Program-made: the position numbers and the translations under genes
The notes under the pieces: generated by a model
What the model saw: the letters and a program-made list of their open reading frames with translations, nothing else
Told to the model about the DNA's origin: nothing
The model's database searches: none
Shown here: positions 1-11,760 of the stretch, one piece after another
How the letters are laid out: the number at the start of each line of letters is the position of its first letter
Position numbering within the stretch: position 1 is the first letter of the stretch
From: Macrostomum lignano
Lineage: Eukaryota
Direction: 5' to 3'
NCBI GenBank assembly: GCA_002269645.1
Contig: NIVC01001205.1
Location: forward strand, 1-64,000
Length of the DNA stretch: 64,000 nt

Positions 1-439
1 CTTCGCGACAGTTTTACGGACATGAGCAAATATTCTTTTATTGTCAGGACACTGCCCATTTAACCAGTTTAACCAATGCTAATTGCTTAAAAATTTTAAG
101 TTGTCCTTAGTTCCCAAAACTGAAAGGAATAATAATTAAGGTGACACAACTCCAAAGCCTATAGAATCTGTATCCGCCTATATTAATATAGAATCTGTGC
201 CCAAAGCTGCTAAGGGTATAGACTTGACAAGACTTTGATTATTCCATCGACTGTTTTGCCCGGCCACATACAATCTTTACTTTTGCTAATATGGGGCCCA
301 TTCAAATGAAACAGGCGTATTAAAGAAGAAAAGAGTATATTTTCAGAAGTTAAACACGTTCGTGTACTACTTATAACTTACTTCGCGATGCCAAAAAATG
401 TTTTAGATGAAGACTCTGTTCGTCAGCAGAGAGCTGATT

Positions 440-1240
440 TCAGTCTTCGTTAGCAACAAGATGTTAGGTCCATCCTCGCTGCAAATTGTAATCCCCAGAG
501 CCGTGAAGTGCGGATTCGTCAGCAGCAAACTCTAATTTGATACGCGATTTAAACTCTGACAGTGCGTCTGTGACAAGTCTCTGGTGCTCACGAACACGAA
601 ACGCTTTCAAATCGCGATTGAGTCGTTCCTGGCGTTGTTGCCATGCAGAATTTAGGCCGGCTTCAGAAAGGCGAAATCGGTGGCTTTCTGCTTTAATGTG
701 TCCGCCGCCTTTTTCTGAAATAACGAAAAGGTAGGAAGTAATGCAGCGTACACTTTACACACAATGTTAGTTTTATCAACCCAATTCGTCTTGCTTCTGT
801 TACATCTTTTAGTACATCATTAAATTTATTTAATACATCTAATACATCTTTTAAAACTTACTACAGAGTGCTAGGTTCATGAAGAGAATGTTACGAGTAA
901 TTGAATTATTCAAATAAGTGTCGATGGAGTCTTTACCTTGATATACTGGAACATGACGGCGCCTACTGGGCCCTGCGATGGCCACTCATTCTCAATGTCC
1001 GACAGCTTCCTATCGAAATAGCCAGAATCCGGCGACTCTAAGGTGTCATTGCAAAGCTGAGAAGAAGTCAAGAAGTAATAGAAGTTTCAGAGCAAATGAT
1101 TGAAGCATAGAGACGGAGCGATAAGTCAAAGATTTGGTTGGTCCTGGTACGGATGATGAATGACTCACGGAAAGCACACTTTGGAAGCAGATATCCCGGG
1201 AAATACAAAAGTCCGACATGTGTCATTGCAAAGCTGAGGC
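440..1240 (-). pseudogene. Possible degenerate Mutator (MULE)-like transposase remnant
   Basis: Minus-strand segments read ...SPDSGYFDRKLSDIENEWPSQGPVGAVMFQYIK|gt (about 1051-937). After an acceptor near 717 they read KKAADTLKQKATDFAFLKPA*ILHGNNA-(frameshift)-ERLNRDLK, which resembles the MULE NNxxESxNxxLK motif. There is an in-frame stop and a frameshift. Pattern recognition only. Confidence 0.3.
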
Positions 1241-1504
1241 ATGCGTCAAGAAACTGACAAAAAATTCATTGCTACCGTTACTTCATAAGTTCTTTGGCGT
1301 GAGAATTTTTTTGTAAGGAATGTGTGATAAAATTCGTTTTGACACACTTTGTATTCGTACCAATATTTTTTCTTAAGACAAAACTTTTGTCTACAAAATT
1401 TTAAAGCTGAATACGGCGTCAGGGTAAGTAATGCATCCCGAAACATAAATTCATTTTTTTGTTTGAATTATCCGTTCGAAGGAGAAAATATCTGTCGGGG
1501 AACC

Positions 1505-3450
1505 CTCGTGAGGTGGGTGGAGAAGAAAATTAAGAGAAAATGTGCTTTTCAAATAGGTTAGATGTCGGTTTCGCTGTCGTTAGCAGAACACCGGAAAATC
1601 TTCGCGCGGTCTTAGACTTGAATTGCGCTTGTGCTGTCTCGGCACTCGTAAAGCCGGAAAATGCACGAATTGATGCACTGACTCTTCTCCTTGGATAGTC
1701 CGTCTGCCGGGTCCTCATTCCGGGGGGAGGTAGTCGTAATCGTAGTCGAGTGGTCTTGTAGCGGCCCGTGTCGTTCAGAAGGGGTCCTCAGACACCGTAA
1801 ACTCGTAATTCGTCGAGATTGCTAGTTGTGTTACTCTCAGTAGTAAAGTAGCGCTGCCACCACCGTAAATGTCGTTTTACGGAACGTTGAGGGTCTCAGA
1901 GCTTTCTTTGAGTTGAGACTGAGACTGATTGGTTATTTTACGCCCCGCTGGCAAATGACTCAATAGAAAACTAAAGGCTTCGAATCGGAACAACTGAATA
2001 AATATTATTGTTATTGGAGAAATTATTATTATTAGTTATTATTCCTGCCGTCAAATGTTAAAGAAAAGAAACACCTCGAGAGACGGATTCGGCTGTGCCG
2101 AGGGCGAGCTAAATTATTAGCGTTTTAGTCGCAAACTAAATATTAAGGAGCAAAAAACAAAACACACAAAAGAAGGGGAGGGGGAGAGAGAGGAACAAAA
2201 GGAAAGACGAACCAAAAGATTTTTACATCAACTTTATAAATATTAAATTAACATGAAAAAACCCAGGGGTGGGACAAAGGATGGGGCAAGGGAAGGGACA
2301 ACGAAGGAAAAGGGAAAAACCCGGCCACTGGAAGCACTAAAACAACAGAGGCCACGGGAGGGAACAACAGAAGGAGCAAACGAAGGAGCAAGGGCGGGGA
2401 CAACCGGGGAACAAACAGGGGAGCAAAAATTGAAAAAAAATGACGTCAATCCGTCATCCTAGGGAATTGAGCTGATCGTCCCGCCGTTGTCCGCGCTGGA
2501 GGCCTGCCGTCGTTCACCCCAGTGGTAGTGAGGTGGGGGCGGAGAAAGAAAATAAAATTTGAAAAAATAAAAAAATGGGTTGTCCGGGTTTCTTCGAAAC
2601 CGGTTGGCGTCGTGTTCGCACGAATTAAATCCGGAAATCGCGCAGACGAATCACCACGAAAATCTTTTCTCCTGTTTTACTCCGACTGCCGGGGTCCTCA
2701 ATTCCGGGGGAGGGTAGTCGTATTCGTAGCAGAGCGGTCGTTGAGCGGCACGGTCGTTCCGATGGTAGACACCGAATATTCTGACACCGTAAAATAGCGT
2801 GTGTCGTTTAATCGAATTGGTACTATCAGTAGGGTAGTTGCTGCCACCACCGTAATTTACGTATTACGGAACGTTGAATTCTCAGAGCTTTCTTTGAGAT
2901 GAGAACTTTTGGTTGTTTTACGCCCCACGGGCAAATGACTCAATATAAAAACTAAGGGTTTAATGAACAAACGATTAATTATAAATTGACGGTTTATTAT
3001 TAAACTAGCAAACAATAGCTAAATATTAGAGTCTGAGACGGCCTTCCTCGACTGATGGGTCCGGCGTGCCGGGTGCGGGATAAATTTAATTACAACTTAA
3101 CGTAAAACTATAGTACCAAAGAAAACGAGCGAGAAACGAAGAAGTAGTAGAAGACAAAGACGAAAAGGAACAAAACAAACAACAGCAGAAGAGAAAATAC
3201 GGGCACCAAACAGCGCGGTATAAATAAAATAAAAATTCTTCTTGCCAGAGGGCGGGACACCCGCGGACCCAGTGGATGGAGAGCAAATTGCCATCCTGGA
3301 GTTCCTTGGCTGGCAGCTACGCAAAATTATAAGAAACAACATTATTAAAAGGGGAAATTACATCGCTTGGGGCAGTGATTGGGGCACAGAACGGAGGCAA
3401 AACTTTTGATGGGGCAGCGATTGGGGCAGACGGTGGCATGACGTCAAGAT
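1505..3450. repeat. Diverged ~1-kb tandem duplication (two units, about 1505-2520 and 2525-3450)
   Basis: Collinear shared blocks: GTGAGGTGGG (1508/2528), GTCCTCA..TTCCGGGGG (1711/2694), CTCAGAGCTTTCTTTGAG, GCAAATGACTCAATA (1951/2931), GAGACGG (2080/3035), TGACGTCAA (2441/3439). Offsets are 955-1020 bp. Confidence 0.75.
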
Positions 3451-4828
3451 TACAACGGTGGCAATTTCACGAAACTAAGCAAATTATCGTAAAAATATTA
3501 TTAGCCTTAAGTAGAGGAATTGTCATAGACGGAGCAAAATTATTATTAATAAGGTAAATTATGCAGGTGAATTAAAAGGGGGGTGAATGAAGGCAACGCA
3601 CAAATTAATTTCAGTTTAAGCGATCTCACTCAGTGGTAGACGCACTACCACAGTAGACCGGCCTACCACACTCACATAGTCCCGACTCCCATAGGGACAG
3701 TGCTAGGTGATCGTAAAACGAAAGAATGCCATAGTTCCTATATTTTACATTTTATGCATAGACAGCAGAGGCTTATGGCATAGGGGACACATGTCTCCCA
3801 AAATAGAGTCATGTTGTCAAGAATTTTAACAGAACCCTTTAAAAAGAAAAGTCTCACTGTTGTGTTGGTACTAATTTAGTATACTTAATATACAAATTTG
3901 ATAATCAAATGAAATATTTTTTGTTCTCATTTTAAATTATATATATATATATATGCTATGAAAACATCTTGGTAGGTATTATTTAAATACAATGTTCAAG
4001 TGTTTTCTATATAACTAAGCTAGGCCTACCAACTTTTAGATCTATATTTTCCTGAAATTTTAAAACATTCATGCATAGCACAAATATAATAACTTGCTGA
4101 ACATAACATATACAGTCCAATTTCCAGTTTATATTTTTGGTCTTCACAGTGGTCTTCATCCTCATAAGGAGCCACATCTGAGAAATTGCCATTATTTATG
4201 CAAGTAGAAACTTGCTAAGAAAAGATGACACATGGCAATGATAAACTGCAAGACAGGAAAAGCTTCCCATTTCATGATTGATTTAGATAGATTGTCTTGG
4301 CGCAAGCCTGTCAAGTAGTAGTAGTAGGCCTTACACTATTTAATTTTTTCATACGCACACATGATGGAGAGGTAAGATCGCTTCTAAAATAAGACCTGTA
4401 AACTGTTGAAATGAATATAAATTGGTCGTCATAGTACAGTCAACATAGCAAAGAAGCTCAAAACATTTACTTGAAACAACAAATGAACTAATATTAAGAT
4501 AATTGACAAATTCACGGCCCGGCCCGGGCTGGGCCGGGCCACAAAATAGCAATACCCTATCCCGCCTGCCACACTTTTCTCCGCCCCACCTCAATAGCCA
4601 AGTAATATTTAGAAGTTTGCATATGTTAAGGCTATAAGCATTTTAAATATGCATAAAAAGCATTTAAAAACTATCAAAAGTCGAAAATAAAATATTAATA
4701 CTAAATTAAAAACAATGAAATCATTAGTATAATCTAACTTTAATTTTGTAAACTAGGATAATAAATTTTCACTAAGTGCTTAAACTGGAGCAATAAAGGG
4801 TATTATATAGTTTTTTTAATATTAAAAC

Positions 4829-5203
4829 TAGGGGTAAGATAGGATCCTGATCCCAATCCCAAGGGCCAAAGGGGTAGTTGGGATCCCCATCCCAATGATA
4901 ATAATCCTGACTCCCAAAATTGAGTAAGGGGTCTGTGGGGATTACATTTTTTCAAGTTTTTTCATTGAAGACGAGCTTATATTTTTATACCAAATATGTC
5001 AAAGTAAATAATAGTAGTCATATAAATAAGTAGTTTGTTGTCAATTTTGTTTATAACATTTTATTAAAATGTTATAATATGAGAAATAACTAAATTCTTA
5101 TCTGTATACTTATAATATTATTTCCTAAATCCAAATAATAATTCCAAAAAATTGAATCCCAATCCCAATCCTGCCCAAAAATTTTGATCCTATTCAAGCC
5201 CTA
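4829..5203. mobile_element. hAT-like MITE (375 bp)
   Basis: Imperfect TIRs TAGGGGTAAGATAGGATC / rc TAGGGCTTGAATAGGATC (14/18 match). Flanks ATTAAAAC and ATCAAAAA look like a decayed 8-bp TSD. Subterminal ATCCC repeats occur at both ends. Confidence 0.5.
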
Positions 5204-5669
5204 ATCAAAAAATTAAAAAATCTAGTTTAAAATCTAATGCAATATGCAATAGCAGCTTAATAAATAATTAGCAACCATTTTTTCATATTGCCTTATAAAG
5301 TGTACTAACAAAATGATTGTTTTGATCTTGATAAGAACCCAATCATTTTGTCTTGACTTAGATTTTTTAAGCTTTTTAGTTTCTTTTGCTTTTGAATGCC
5401 AACAATTTAGAATAATAATGCTTTTTAAAATATTAGTTAGCTTTTTAAATATTAGTTTAGTTATTATCAAATATTGATATTGAAATTTGACAGGCTGAAA
5501 AGTGTTACTACTTAGCTGCAGGGCAGTCCAAAGAGAAAAGTGTTACTAATAAATAGAAAAAAAATCATTTTAATGACAATGTATTGAATATTTGTTAATA
5601 TCCATGGTAGCTTATTTCAAACTTAGGAAGCATAGTGGGTGGCACCCACAAACTAGTACTACTAAAGGC

Positions 5670-6110
5670 TCAAGGAGAGTAGTGGCACCTGTTAAATGCT
5701 CAGGAATGGTAATAGAACCCATTGAAGGCTCAGGGAAGGTAATGGCACCCATTGAAGGCTCAGGGAAAGTAGTGGCATTCATTGAAGGCTCAGGGAAGGT
5801 AGTGGCATTCATTGAAGGCTCAGGGAAGGTAGTGGAACTGGTTGAAGGCTCATGGAGGGTAGTGGCACCCATTGAAGGCTCAGGGAAAGTAGTGGCACCC
5901 ATTGAAGGCTCAGGGAGGATAGTGGCACCCATTGAAGGCTCAGGGAGGGTAGTAGCATTCATAGAAGGCACAGGGAAGGTAGTGGCATTTATAGAAGGCT
6001 CAAGGAAGGTAGTGGCACCATTGAAGGCTCAGGGAGGGTAGTGGCACCCATTGAATGCTCAGGGAGGGTAGTGGCACCCATTGAAGGCCCAGTTGCACTG
6101 GTTGAAGGCT
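5670..6110. repeat. 30-bp minisatellite (GGTAGTGGCACCCATTGAAGGCTCAGGGAR), about 14 copies, just upstream of MTMR14
   Basis: Direct tandem units; source of the spurious VVAPIEGSGK ORF. Confidence 0.95.
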
Positions 6111-6240
6111 ACTAGCTGTGTTAAATTTGCATTTCTACAAAGGATTTAGAAAGAAATTTTAAACCAATTGTTGCCAATATTCCTGCATACCAACATTTTA
6201 TATATCTATACTTATCAATCAATAGCATCAAATAATTTGG

Positions 6241-8567
6241 ATGGCTCAGGTGAACTCCAAGCAGCATGAGCAGAGCCTGCTTATAACTCACCTGCTAAGC
6301 CGCATGCAATCAGCTGAGTACAACGCCTCGCTAATAGGGGAATGGCCAGAGTTCATTGCTCAATTGAGCAGCAGTATTGAGCAGATTATATTGCGAGATT
6401 ATCGGCTATGCGATGCCGCATTGGATAATGAATCTGGCCAGGTCTGCGCCACCTATCCGCCAAGGATTTTCCTGCCTACGGGGCTGGCTACTAAGTTGCT
6501 TACCTCGTCTGCTTCGAAGCAGTTTCGCTATCCCCGCCGACTCTCCGATCTGTGCTGCTCAGCGGCTGGGGCTCGAGTCCGGGGCCGCCTGCCACTGCCC
6601 GCCTTGATCTGTCAGGGCCGCCTCCTTTGCCGTTCGGCCACTCTGAGCGCCTGGCCGACTGGCGAGGAGGCTCGCGGGTCAGATAAGATTCTGTTAGACT
6701 CGCTGTGTGTCAGTCATATCGTGGATTTGACTACGGAATCTCGGCCGCTGCTTGTGCCCGGCACACAAGTGCGCGTGCCTCTGTGGACTGCCGAGCTCTG
6801 GCTGAGCTGGTAGGTATGAGATTAGATCTGAATAGAAGTTTGTAGATATGGGATTAGATCAGAATAGAAGCTTGTAGATATGGGATTAGATCAGAAAAGA
6901 AGCTTGTAGATATGGGATTAGATCAGAATAGAAGCTTGTAGATATGGGATTAGATCAGAATAGAAGCTTGTAGATATGAGATAAGATCAGAATAGAAGCT
7001 TGTAGATATGGGATTAGATCAGAATAGAAGCTATTAGATATGAGATTAGATCAGAATAGAAGCTAGTAGTTGTGAGATTAGATCAGAATGGAAGCTATTA
7101 GATATGAGAGCTGCTAGGAAGGCCGGGCGGGAGTGAGCCTGTCCAAATCCCAATTTCCCATCAGCTACGCGGACTTTCGCCGGCTCCACCTGCCCTATCC
7201 CGGCTGCGACTTCTTCAACAACTGGCCAGCTGTCGACGGCGCCCCGCTGCGCTACGACTGGACTGGGCAGGCGGCCACCCTGCGGCTGAACGGCCGGCTA
7301 CCATCCTGCGCTGCCGCCATCGCCTGGCAGGAGTACCGCAGCTGGGATCTGGACAGGCTCACCGCAAACTACCTGCTCATCATGCTGGGCTACCTGACGG
7401 AGAGCGGCCTGGCTGAGATGCCGGGCGCCGGCGGAGATGGCGGTACAGAGTGGGCGCTGACTTCTGACTGGGGATTATTGGGATCTGTCACTCCCCTCAT
7501 CAACAGTCACTTCCCTCATCACTCACCACAGTCACTCCCCTCATCGCCCCACTGTCACTCCCCTTATCACTTCACTGTCACTCAGCTCATCACCCCACTG
7601 TCACTCCCCTCATCACCCCACAGTCACTCCCCTCATCGCCCCACTGTCACTCCCCTTATCACTTCACTGTCACTCAGCTCATCACCCCACTGTCACTCCC
7701 CTCATCACCCCACAGTCACTCCCCTCATCACCCCACAGTCACTCCCCTCATCACCCCACAGTCACTCCCCTCATCACCCCACAGTCACTCCCCTCATCAC
7801 CCCACAGTCACTCCCCTCATCACCCCACAGTCACTCCCCTCATCACCCCACAGTCACTCCCCTCATCACCCCACAGTCACTCCCCTCATCACCCCACAGT
7901 CACTCCCCTCATCACCCCACAGTCACTCCCCTCATCACCCCACAGTCACTCCCCTCATCACCCCACAGTCACTCCCCTCATCACCCTACAGTCACTTCCC
8001 GCATCACCCCCTGTCCGTCCTGCACCCTCAGCAGACGGTCAGTGCAGCGGGCTGCTGCTTCACTGCCTGAGCGGCTGGGACCGAACTCCTCTATTCGTCT
8101 CGCTAATCCGCTTACTGCTGTGGTCGGAGGGCCTGGCGCATGCGAGCCTCAGTCCTAGCGAGATTCTGCGCCTCTGCTTAGGCTACGACTGGTTCCTGTG
8201 GGGCCACCGCCTGCCCGACAGGCTGGCCAAGGGCCAGAGAATCCTGGAGTATTGCTTCCACTTTGTCGGCCTGGCTGCCGACCTGCCAGAACTGTCGATG
8301 GTGTCGCACTATCCTCTCATCGCTGGCGGTAGTGGTGATCATTGTTCGAATCCCAACGGCATGACCAGAGCTGAGAAGTTGCGCTGCGTGTCAGCCATGT
8401 TCGCCGGGGCGCTGCGTCGATCATCGGGCAGTGCCGGTGTTGATGAGGCAGACGGACCAGGCCGCGAGGTTGCTGGTTCCGACCGCGGCGTCTCATTGGC
8501 TGGCGCTGCTGCCGGGGCCGTCCTGGGCGTCCTGTCTGCGGCACTGTTTAATAACTCGCTGCCCTGA
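6241..8567 (+). CDS. MTMR14: Myotubularin-related protein 14 (Jumpy/EDTP-type phosphoinositide phosphatase), 3 exons
   Basis: Exons about 6241-6809, about 7118-7442 and 8032-8567; the exon1/2 junction phase is ambiguous. Matches MTMR14 hallmarks: RDY..N..G.VC..YP, ARVRGR.P.P...G..LCRSATL, YADF....PYPGC.FF, W..Y..WDL...T.NYL. The intact catalytic loop GLLLHCLSGWDRTPLF (CX5R) lies in exon 3, followed by YDWFLWGH.L.DRL.KG. Confidence 0.93.
6810..7110. repeat. 32-bp minisatellite making up MTMR14 intron 1
   Basis: Unit GTAGATATGGGATTAGATCAGAATAGAAGCTT, about 9.5 copies. The first unit starts at the GT donor. Confidence 0.95.
7486..8010. repeat. 23-bp minisatellite in MTMR14 intron 2
   Basis: Unit CAGTCACTCCCCTCATCACCCCA in tandem. 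Confidence 0.95.
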
Positions 8568-8600
8568 GGCTTGAGAGCGCCATTTTCCTTTTTTCCCGGT

Positions 8601-9155
8601 GGGATGCCATTTCCTCATTTGGGATGCCATTTCCTGAATTGAGACGCCATTTCCTTAGTCAGGATGCCATTTCCTTAATTAGGATGCCATTTCCTCAATT
8701 GGGATGCCATTTCCTTTATTGGGATGCCATTTCCTCAATCGGGATGCTATTTCCTCAATTGGGATGCCATTTCCTCAATTGGGATGCCATTTCCTCAATT
8801 GGGATGCCATTTTCTCAATTGGGATGCCATTTCCTCAATTGGGATGCCATTTCCTTTATTGGGATGCCATTTCCTCAATTGGGATGCCATTTCCTTTGGG
8901 ATGCCATTTTCTCAATTGGGATGCCATTTCCTTTATTGGGATGCCATTTCCTCAATTGGGATGCCATTTCCTTTGGGATGCCATTTTCTCAATTGGGATG
9001 CCATTTCCTTTTTTGGGATGCCATTTCCTCAATTGGGATGCCATTTCCTCAATTGGGATGCCATTTCCTCAATTGGGATGCCATTTCCTTTATTGGGATG
9101 CCATTTTCTCAATTGGGATGCCATTTCCTCAATTGGGATGCCATTTCCTCAACCA
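8601..9155. repeat. 20-bp minisatellite downstream of the MTMR14 stop (3' UTR or intergenic)
   Basis: Unit GGGATGCCATTTCCTCAATT with occasional short variants. Confidence 0.95.
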
Positions 9156-9741
9156 GAATGCAATTTCTTTACTGGGGTTTCCTAATTGTCCTAATTCTTC
9201 TGCCCAGTCGCTAAAGGAATGTTACATTTCGAATCATGTCATTCACTTTTAAAAGTGCATTGGTTACTTTCCTTTAGTTTATTACTATAGCCGTTTCTGT
9301 TAGACGAAGTCAAATCGCGTATTTATTGATTAATTTAGTTGTAATAATGATCATATAGTTTGTATTTCTGTTTCTCAAACGTTAAACGCATGAAGTTTTT
9401 CATATTTTTATTGTGCTACTAAAGTCAGTTGTGTTAGTAGTGTAATGCGCATGCATAATTATAAATCAGAATTATTTTTAAATATATTATATATACTAAC
9501 TAGTTACTGTAAAAGACATTTAAAAAAAGATTATGGTTCCAAACTAACGCATACTCTAATCTATTCAATCTTCTAAGTGTGCGTAGCTTTATTTACTTTT
9601 AATTTAACTTTAATTACGACTAGTTTAAGCAATTATTTGAGTCTGTTTTATATTTCGCTCACACGGACTTATAACAAAGCAAGCAATCGTACAGTATGCG
9701 ACCAAGTTTTCCTGCATCATGCTGGATGATGCAGCATTCTC

Positions 9742-11716
9742 TACCTGTCAGGTAATTCCTCACCAAACGATTCCTGCCTGTCAGACACAACCTTCCACCT
9801 GTCAGGTAATTCCTCACCAAACGATTCCTGCCTGTCAGACACAACCTTCCACCTGTCAGGTAATTCCTCACCAAACGATTCCTGCCTGTCAGGCACAACC
9901 TTCCACCTGTCAGGTAATTCCTCACCAAACGATTCCTGCCTGTCAGGCACAACCTTCCACCTGTCAGGTAATTCCTCACCAAACGATTCCTGCCTGTCAG
10001 GCACAACCTTCCACCTGTCAGGTAATTCCTCACGAAACGATTCCTGCCTTCAGGCACAACCTTCCACCTGTCAGGTAATTCCTCACCAAACGATTCCTGC
10101 CTGTCAGACACAACCTTCCACCTGTCAGGTAATTCCTCACCAAACGATTCCTGCCTGTCAGGCACAACCTTCCACCTGTCAGGTAATTCCTCACCAAACG
10201 ATTCCTGCCTGTCAGACACAACCTTCCACCTGTCAGACACAACCTTCCACCTGTCAGGTAATTCCTCACCAAACGATTCCCCGCCTGTCAGACACAACCT
10301 TCCACCTGTCAGACACAACCTTCCACCTGTCAGACACAACCTTCCACCTGTCAGACACAATTCTTTACCTGTCAGACACAACCCCCACCTGTAAGACACA
10401 ATTCCCCAACCTGTCAGACACAATTTCCCTCCTGTCAGACACAACCCTTAACCTGTCAGAAACAATTTCCCACCTGTCAGACACAATTTCCCACCTGTCA
10501 GACACAACCCCCACCTGTAAGACACAATTCCCCAACCTGTCAGACACAATTTCCCACCTGTCAGACACAACCCTTAACCTGTCAGAAACAATTTCCCACC
10601 TGTCAGACACAATTTCCCACCTGTCAGACACAACCCTTAACCTGTCAGAAACAATTTCCCACCTGTCAGACACAATTTCCCACCTGTCAGACACAACCCT
10701 TAACCTGTCAGAAACAATTTCCCACCTGTCAGACACAACCCCCAACCTGTCAGACACAACTCTCCACCTGTCAGACACAATTCCCCACCTGTCAGACACA
10801 ACTCTCCACCTGTCAGACACAATTCCCCACCTGTCAGACACAATTCCCCACCTGTCAGACACAATTCCCCACCTGTCAGACACAACTCTCCACCTGTCAG
10901 ACACAACCCTTAACCTGTCAGAAACAATTTCCCACCTGTCAGACACAACCCCCAACCTGTCAGACACAATTCCCCACCTGTCAGACACAACTCTCCACCT
11001 GTCAGACACAACCCTTAACCTGTCAGAAACAATTTCCCACCTGTCAGACACAACCCCCAACCTGTCAAACACAACTCTCCACCTGTCAGACACAATTCCC
11101 CACCTGTCAGACACAACTCTCCACCTGTCAGACACAATTCCCCACCTGTCAGACACAATTCCCCACCTGTCAGACACAACTCTCCACCTGTCAGACACAA
11201 TTCTCCACCTGTCAGACACAATTCCCCACCTGTCAGACACAACTCTCCACCTGTCAGACACAATTCCCCACCTGTCAGACACAACTCTCCACCTGTCAGA
11301 CACAATTCTCCACCTGTCAGACACAACTCTCCACCTGTCAGACACAATTCCCCACCTGTCAGACACAACTCTCCACCTGTCAGACACAATTCCCCGCCTG
11401 TCAGACACAATTCCCCACCTGTCAGACACAATTCCCCACCTGTCAGACACAACTCTCCACCTGTCAGACACAATTCTCCACCTGTCAGACACAATTCCCC
11501 ACCTGTCAGACACAACTCTCCACCTGTCAGACACAATTCCCCACCTGTCAGACACAACTCTCCACCTGTCAGACACAATTCTCCACCTGTCAGACACAAC
11601 TCTCCACCTGTCAGACACAATTCCCCAACCTGTCAGACAACCCTCCACCTGTAAGACACAACTCCCAACTGTCAGACACAACCTTCCACCTGTCAGACAC
11701 AACCCTCAATCTGTCA
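9742..11716. repeat. Composite minisatellite: a 54-bp unit grading into a 21-bp unit
   Basis: From 9742 to about 10280 the unit is ACCTGTCAGGTAATTCCTCACCAAACGATTCCTGCCTGTCAGACACAACCTTCC. After that it is CACCTGTCAGACACAAYYYYC, ending about 45 bp from the nAChR stop. Confidence 0.95.
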
Positions 11717-11760
11717 GGTACATGTACAAAACCAACTTCAAGTTAAGCTTGCTCGCACTG

